The position numbers and the translations under genes were made by a program. Source: Clostridia bacterium (GTDB taxonomy: Bacteria > Bacillota > Clostridia > Oscillospirales > CAG-272). Taken from it: 64,000 nt of DNA. Of this stretch, positions 60,163-64,000 are shown piece after piece (position 1 is the stretch's first letter; every line of letters begins with the position of its first letter). Below the pieces are notes generated by a model. The model saw only the letters and a list, made by a program, of their open reading frames with translations, made no database searches and was not told where the DNA came from. The stretch is taken from NCBI GenBank assembly GCA_017550315.1, contig JAFZPN010000167.1, positions 2,018-66,017 of the forward strand, in the 5' to 3' direction.

Positions 60163-63100
60163 ATGAAAAAGACCTTGCGATGGACCATTTTGCTCAGTCT
60201 GCTTCTTGTCTGCGTGATGATTCCCGTCATGGCGCAGAAAGCGGAAGCGGCGGACTACAACATTTGGGTCGGCACGGAACGCGTGACGGATGACCATTTA
60301 TCCGGCGACGGCTGGTCGTTTGATCCCGATTCCAAAACACTGACGCTGAAAGACGCAAAGATCGACACCCATGCTGAACCCAACGATGACGACGGGGACA
60401 CGGTCGGCAACGGTTTAATCTACGCCAAAAGGTTGGACTTTGCGCTGACCATCACAGGCACGGCGGATCTGTCTAAGAAAAACGCAGCGATGGGCGGAAT
60501 TTTCACGGAATTTGTCGATACCGTGGTTCTGGACAACGCAGTCATTCAGGCGACAGGTGATCAAGCAGGTATTCAGATTTCTGACGGCGAACTGATTATC
60601 AAAGGCGATAAAACGAGCATCACCGCTACAGGATTGTATGGCTCCGGCATAAAATCTACGAACCTCACCATCGAAGGCGGGACGGTGGACGCAACTGCTG
60701 GGAGCGGCGCAGGTATCGATCCTGAGAAATCTTTTGTAATCTCCGGCGGCACGGTGACAGCCACGGGCGATAATTCTGCCTTTGACATAGTCCCCGAACT
60801 CAAAGGCACGTTTGAGGTTACGGTAAACGAAAACGAGAAGTGGGATGGAACTACCAGCCTTGACTCTGACACCTTCAAAACGGTCCAGATCGTCGCTGTC
60901 CCGACCTATACCGTGACGTGGAAGAACGCCGACGGGAAGGTCCTCGAAACGGACGAAGGCGTTGTTTCTGGCGCGACGCCTGAATACAACGGTAAGACCC
61001 CGGAAAAGGCTGCCGACGCTCAGTACACCTACACCTTCGCTGGCTGGGATCCGGCCATCACCACGGTCACCGGCGACGCCACTTACACGGCGACCTACAC
61101 CGAGACCGTCAACAAGTACACAATCAAATTCGTGAACTGGGATGGCAAGGAGCTCCAGAGCAGCCCGGTGGCCTACGGCGACACGCCTTCATACACCGGC
61201 GCGGAACCGACCAAAGCCCCGTCCACCGAATACACCTACACCTTCGCGGACTGGACGCCGAAAATCACGGCGGTCACCGGCGACAAGACCTATACGGCGG
61301 ATTTCGATATCGCGCGGAGAACCTACACCATCACGTGGAAGAACGACGACGGCAGCGTGATTGGCACCACCGAAGTGGAATACGGCAAGACGCCGATGTA
61401 TCCTGACCAGAAGAAGGAAGCGGACGATCAGTATACCTACACCTTCGCTGGCTGGGATCCCATTCCTGCGGCAGTCGCCGCCGACGCCACCTACACGGCC
61501 ACGTATAATGCCACTCCCATCAATACCTACCCCCTCTGGGTCGGCGGCAAGCAGGTGACGGAAAAGAACCTCGACGACATCCTCGGTGACAACACGGGCT
61601 CGGCGAAATACGATCCCAAGACGAACACGCTGACGCTGAACAATCCGATGATATCGGGTGTGTATGAAAACGCACAGATTTATTCCGACGGCATCAATCT
61701 CACGATCAACGGCGACGTGAAGCTGACGCTGGATAGCGCACAATACAGTATTATTGCTAAGGACGGCGACCTCACCATCTCTGGCGGCACAATAACCGCT
61801 GATAATGATATCGTTGTCTACGGAGATTTCAATATTACCGACGGCGATATCACTGTCACGGACATCCATAACGCAATCGTATGCCATAATACAATAACTG
61901 TATCCGGGGGCAAACTGACAGCTACAGGTACAGGAGAAAATAGTAAGGGAATTCATACAGCTATTCTCAATATCACCAAGGGTGATGTGAAGACAACGGG
62001 AGTCAAAGCCGGGGTAGATACTTTGAGTGTGTATGGTCGGCTTGACATGTCCGGCGGAACTTTGTATGCTGAAGCTACGGATAAAGAAGGCTACGGTATC
62101 AATTTCGGATTTGGCGGTACCATTCGTATCGTTCAGGGTGATGTGACAGCTAAAGGCGGGAAATATGGTATTTATACAAAATTGTATGGTTCGAGTGGAG
62201 GTACAGTCTATATCTCCGGCGGCAACGTGACGGCGGAAGGCAAAGAGTACGGTATCTATGCTTCCGACAACATCACCATCTCCGGCGGAACAGTCACCGC
62301 CACGGCGGAGGGCGAAGAGAGCCACGCTATCTACGCAGAAAAAGGCGCCATCACTATAACCGACGCGACGGTCAACGCCACGGCAACAGGCGATAAAGGC
62401 AATGCCATCTACACCGCGGAAGGCAACATCAAAATCGAAGGCTGCGAAGTAGTAGCGGAAGGAAAGGCAGCTGGCATCTACGCTGAAAAAGGCGACATCA
62501 CCATCTCCGGCGGCGAAGTCACCGCCACAGCGACGGGCGACTTTGACCGCGCCATCTGCGCCGAGGAAGGCGACATCACCATCTCCTGCGGAACTGTGGC
62601 TGCGGAAGGGGATTATTACGGTATCATTGCTCGCAAGAACATTACAATTTCCGGCGATAAGACCGTCGTGACCGTCGCAATGACAGGCGAAGACGGCTTC
62701 GCCGCCCTCTGCGCCTATACCGGCGACATCACCATCTCCGGCAGCGAAGTCAATGCTACGGCGAAGGGTGAAGTCGGCATCTATGCCGACAAGAGCATCA
62801 CCATCTCCGGCGGCAACGTGACGGCGGAAGGCAAAGAGTACGGTATCTACTCGTATGCCGACAACATCACCATCTCCGGCGGCACCGTGACCGCGGAAGG
62901 GAAAGAGAGAGGTATCATCGCCTCGAAGCAGCTCACCATCTCCGGCGGAACAGTCAACGCCACGGCGACAGGCAATGAAGGCTACGCCATCAGGGCGTGG
63001 GGGGGCGACATCACCATCTCCGGCGGCGAAATGAACGCCACGGCGACGGGCAAGAACGGGAATGCGATCTGCGCTGAGGAAGGCAACATCACCATCTCCG

Positions 63101-64000
63101 GCGACGCCACAGTCAACGCCACGGCGACGGGCGAAAAAGGCAAAGCCATCTATGCTGAAAAAGGCGATATCACCATTTCTGGCGGCGAAGTTAACGCTAC
63201 AGCGGAGGGTGAACTTGCAGAAGCCATCCATGCCAAGGAAGGCACCATCAAGATCACCAGCGCTACGGTTAACGCTACTTCAGAGGATGATTGTGCCATC
63301 TATGCCGGTGACATCACCATTGATGGAGCAACAGTAACAGTTGGTAACTTTTACGGAATAATAGCAGAGTCTCTTGACTCCAACAAGGGAAACCTCTGGA
63401 TATCTGATTCGACGATTAAGGCAAATACAAAGGGTTATTGTATCTACTCAGGGGGCGGAGAACTCATAATATCCGATTCCAACGTTGAGGCAATGGCCAC
63501 ATACGGACCCGGAATCTCAGGCAACAGTTTAATTACCATCTCCGGCAGCACGATAACGGCAGCAGGGGATACCCACGGGATAGAAGGCGAATGTTCTAAA
63601 ATCACGATTTCAAACAGTACGGTAGATCTCAAAGGTGACAGATACGGTATCTATGCGCCTAAAGCTGAAATCACCATCGAGGGGAAAGATACTGAAGTAA
63701 AGGCGGAGGGCGGCAAACTGGCGGCGATCCTCGCCTCTGCCGACACCATCATCGTCAACGAACCGCTTGCCATCCTCGATCCGCAGGGCGGCGTGATCGG
63801 CGAGACGACTGACGACGGCAAGCAGTATCAGACGATCTTTGCATCCGACGGCGAGACCGTTGCCAAGAAGGTCTACATCGCCGAAGGCGGCACCACCGGC
63901 GGCATCCTGGTCGTCGACCCCGATACCGGCGAACCCGTCGTCGGCGGCACCGTTTCGCTTATCGATCCCGAGACCGGCGAGGTCCTTGATTCGTGGACGC
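60163..64000 (+). CDS. large secreted repeat protein (three YTYTFAGW-type repeats plus ITISGG beta-helix-like repeats), 3' end outside window
   Basis: ATG 60163 lies 4 nt after the regulator stop. Signal peptide MKKTLRWTILLSLLLVCVMIPVMAQKAEA. By hand translation the frame has no stop through 64000. It is absent from the ORF track, presumably because no stop lies in the window. Confidence 0.8.
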   Translation, partial: MKKTLRWTILLSLLLVCVMIPVMAQKAEAADYNIWVGTERVTDDHLSGDGWSFDPDSKTLTLKDAKIDTHAEPNDDDGDTVGNGLIYAKRLDFALTITGTADLSKKNAAMGGIFTEFVDTVVLDNAVIQATGDQAGIQISDGELIIKGDKTSITATGLYGSGIKSTNLTIEGGTVDATAGSGAGIDPEKSFVISGGTVTATGDNSAFDIVPELKGTFEVTVNENEKWDGTTSLDSDTFKTVQIVAVPTYTVTWKNADGKVLETDEGVVSGATPEYNGKTPEKAADAQYTYTFAGWDPAITTVTGDATYTATYTETVNKYTIKFVNWDGKELQSSPVAYGDTPSYTGAEPTKAPSTEYTYTFADWTPKITAVTGDKTYTADFDIARRTYTITWKNDDGSVIGTTEVEYGKTPMYPDQKKEADDQYTYTFAGWDPIPAAVAADATYTATYNATPINTYPLWVGGKQVTEKNLDDILGDNTGSAKYDPKTNTLTLNNPMISGVYENAQIYSDGINLTINGDVKLTLDSAQYSIIAKDGDLTISGGTITADNDIVVYGDFNITDGDITVTDIHNAIVCHNTITVSGGKLTATGTGENSKGIHTAILNITKGDVKTTGVKAGVDTLSVYGRLDMSGGTLYAEATDKEGYGINFGFGGTIRIVQGDVTAKGGKYGIYTKLYGSSGGTVYISGGNVTAEGKEYGIYASDNITISGGTVTATAEGEESHAIYAEKGAITITDATVNATATGDKGNAIYTAEGNIKIEGCEVVAEGKAAGIYAEKGDITISGGEVTATATGDFDRAICAEEGDITISCGTVAAEGDYYGIIARKNITISGDKTVVTVAMTGEDGFAALCAYTGDITISGSEVNATAKGEVGIYADKSITISGGNVTAEGKEYGIYSYADNITISGGTVTAEGKERGIIASKQLTISGGTVNATATGNEGYAIRAWGGDITISGGEMNATATGKNGNAICAEEGNITISGDATVNATATGEKGKAIYAEKGDITISGGEVNATAEGELAEAIHAKEGTIKITSATVNATSEDDCAIYAGDITIDGATVTVGNFYGIIAESLDSNKGNLWISDSTIKANTKGYCIYSGGGELIISDSNVEAMATYGPGISGNSLITISGSTITAAGDTHGIEGECSKITISNSTVDLKGDRYGIYAPKAEITIEGKDTEVKAEGGKLAAILASADTIIVNEPLAILDPQGGVIGETTDDGKQYQTIFASDGETVAKKVYIAEGGTTGGILVVDPDTGEPVVGGTVSLIDPETGEVLDSWT
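60901..61521 (+). repeat. three ~68-aa tandem domain repeats (Y-T-[VI]-.-[WF]...YTYTFA.W.P...TYTA)
   Basis: YTVTWKNADGK...AQYTYTFAGWDP...ATYTATY; YTIKFVNWDGK...TEYTYTFADWTP...KTYTADF; YTITWKNDDGS...DQYTYTFAGWDP...ATYTATY. Confidence 0.8.
61690..63760 (+). repeat. array of ~23-25-aa repeats (G.ITISGG.V.A.G.....AIYA)
   Basis: ACATCACCATCTCCGGCGG recurs about every 70-75 nt. A 47-bp exact duplicate occurs at 62212-62258 and 62804-62850. Confidence 0.8.

Noticed and set aside
61189-63231. 680-aa minus-strand ORF in the repeat region
   Set aside because: It is the antisense shadow of the plus-strand ITISGG-repeat gene. It has no RBS or signal, and its composition (Gly/Asp/Ala/Arg runs) mirrors the repeats.

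Overview
High-GC (by eye about 60-65%) Clostridia-type chromosomal segment from a spore former, since dipicolinate synthase spoVFA/B is present. All family assignments come from motifs read by eye in the translations; no database search was run.

Left flank (1-11.7 kb): racemase fragment, murE, a trigger-factor-like lipoprotein, NUDIX hydrolase, DUF4886/SGNH-like protein, transaldolase-family aldolase, two tandem paralogous ~750-aa solute-binding-type lipoproteins and a URO-D-family protein.

Centre (11746-47228): a ~35.5-kb siphovirus-like, HK97-type prophage integrated into the 3' end of tRNA-Pro(GGG), bounded by a 24-bp direct repeat. Gene order is integrase, a CI repressor operon that also carries a DUF4236 protein and a complete voltage-gated K+ channel, a Cro switch, about 20 translationally coupled small early ORFs, and an HUH Rep-like protein. 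Then come HNH, TerS and TerL, an EcoRI-type adenine methyltransferase with a 15-bp tandem repeat, portal, ClpP protease and capsid, then connectors, major tail protein, a -1 frameshifted chaperone and the tape measure. Next is a low-GC fibre cassette that includes an apparently circularly permuted DD-carboxypeptidase domain, an M23/SLH lysin, a second fibre block, a holin and a Cys-peptidase. The prophage ends with a five-gene cassette of unknown function and a right-end moron that has its own promoter.

Right flank: DUF1540 protein, GNATs, a sigma factor with a ~350-aa C-terminal extension, spoVFA/B and a GH29 fucosidase. Further right are a low-GC AbiE-like toxin-antitoxin islet with decayed flanks, a 7TM pseudokinase plus HisKA_3 kinase pair, and a LuxR-type response regulator. 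The regulator is co-transcribed with a secreted repeat protein of more than 1279 aa that runs off the window and is missing from the supplied ORF track.

The best candidate for a new system is the Rex-like repressor / DUF4236 / Kv-channel operon.
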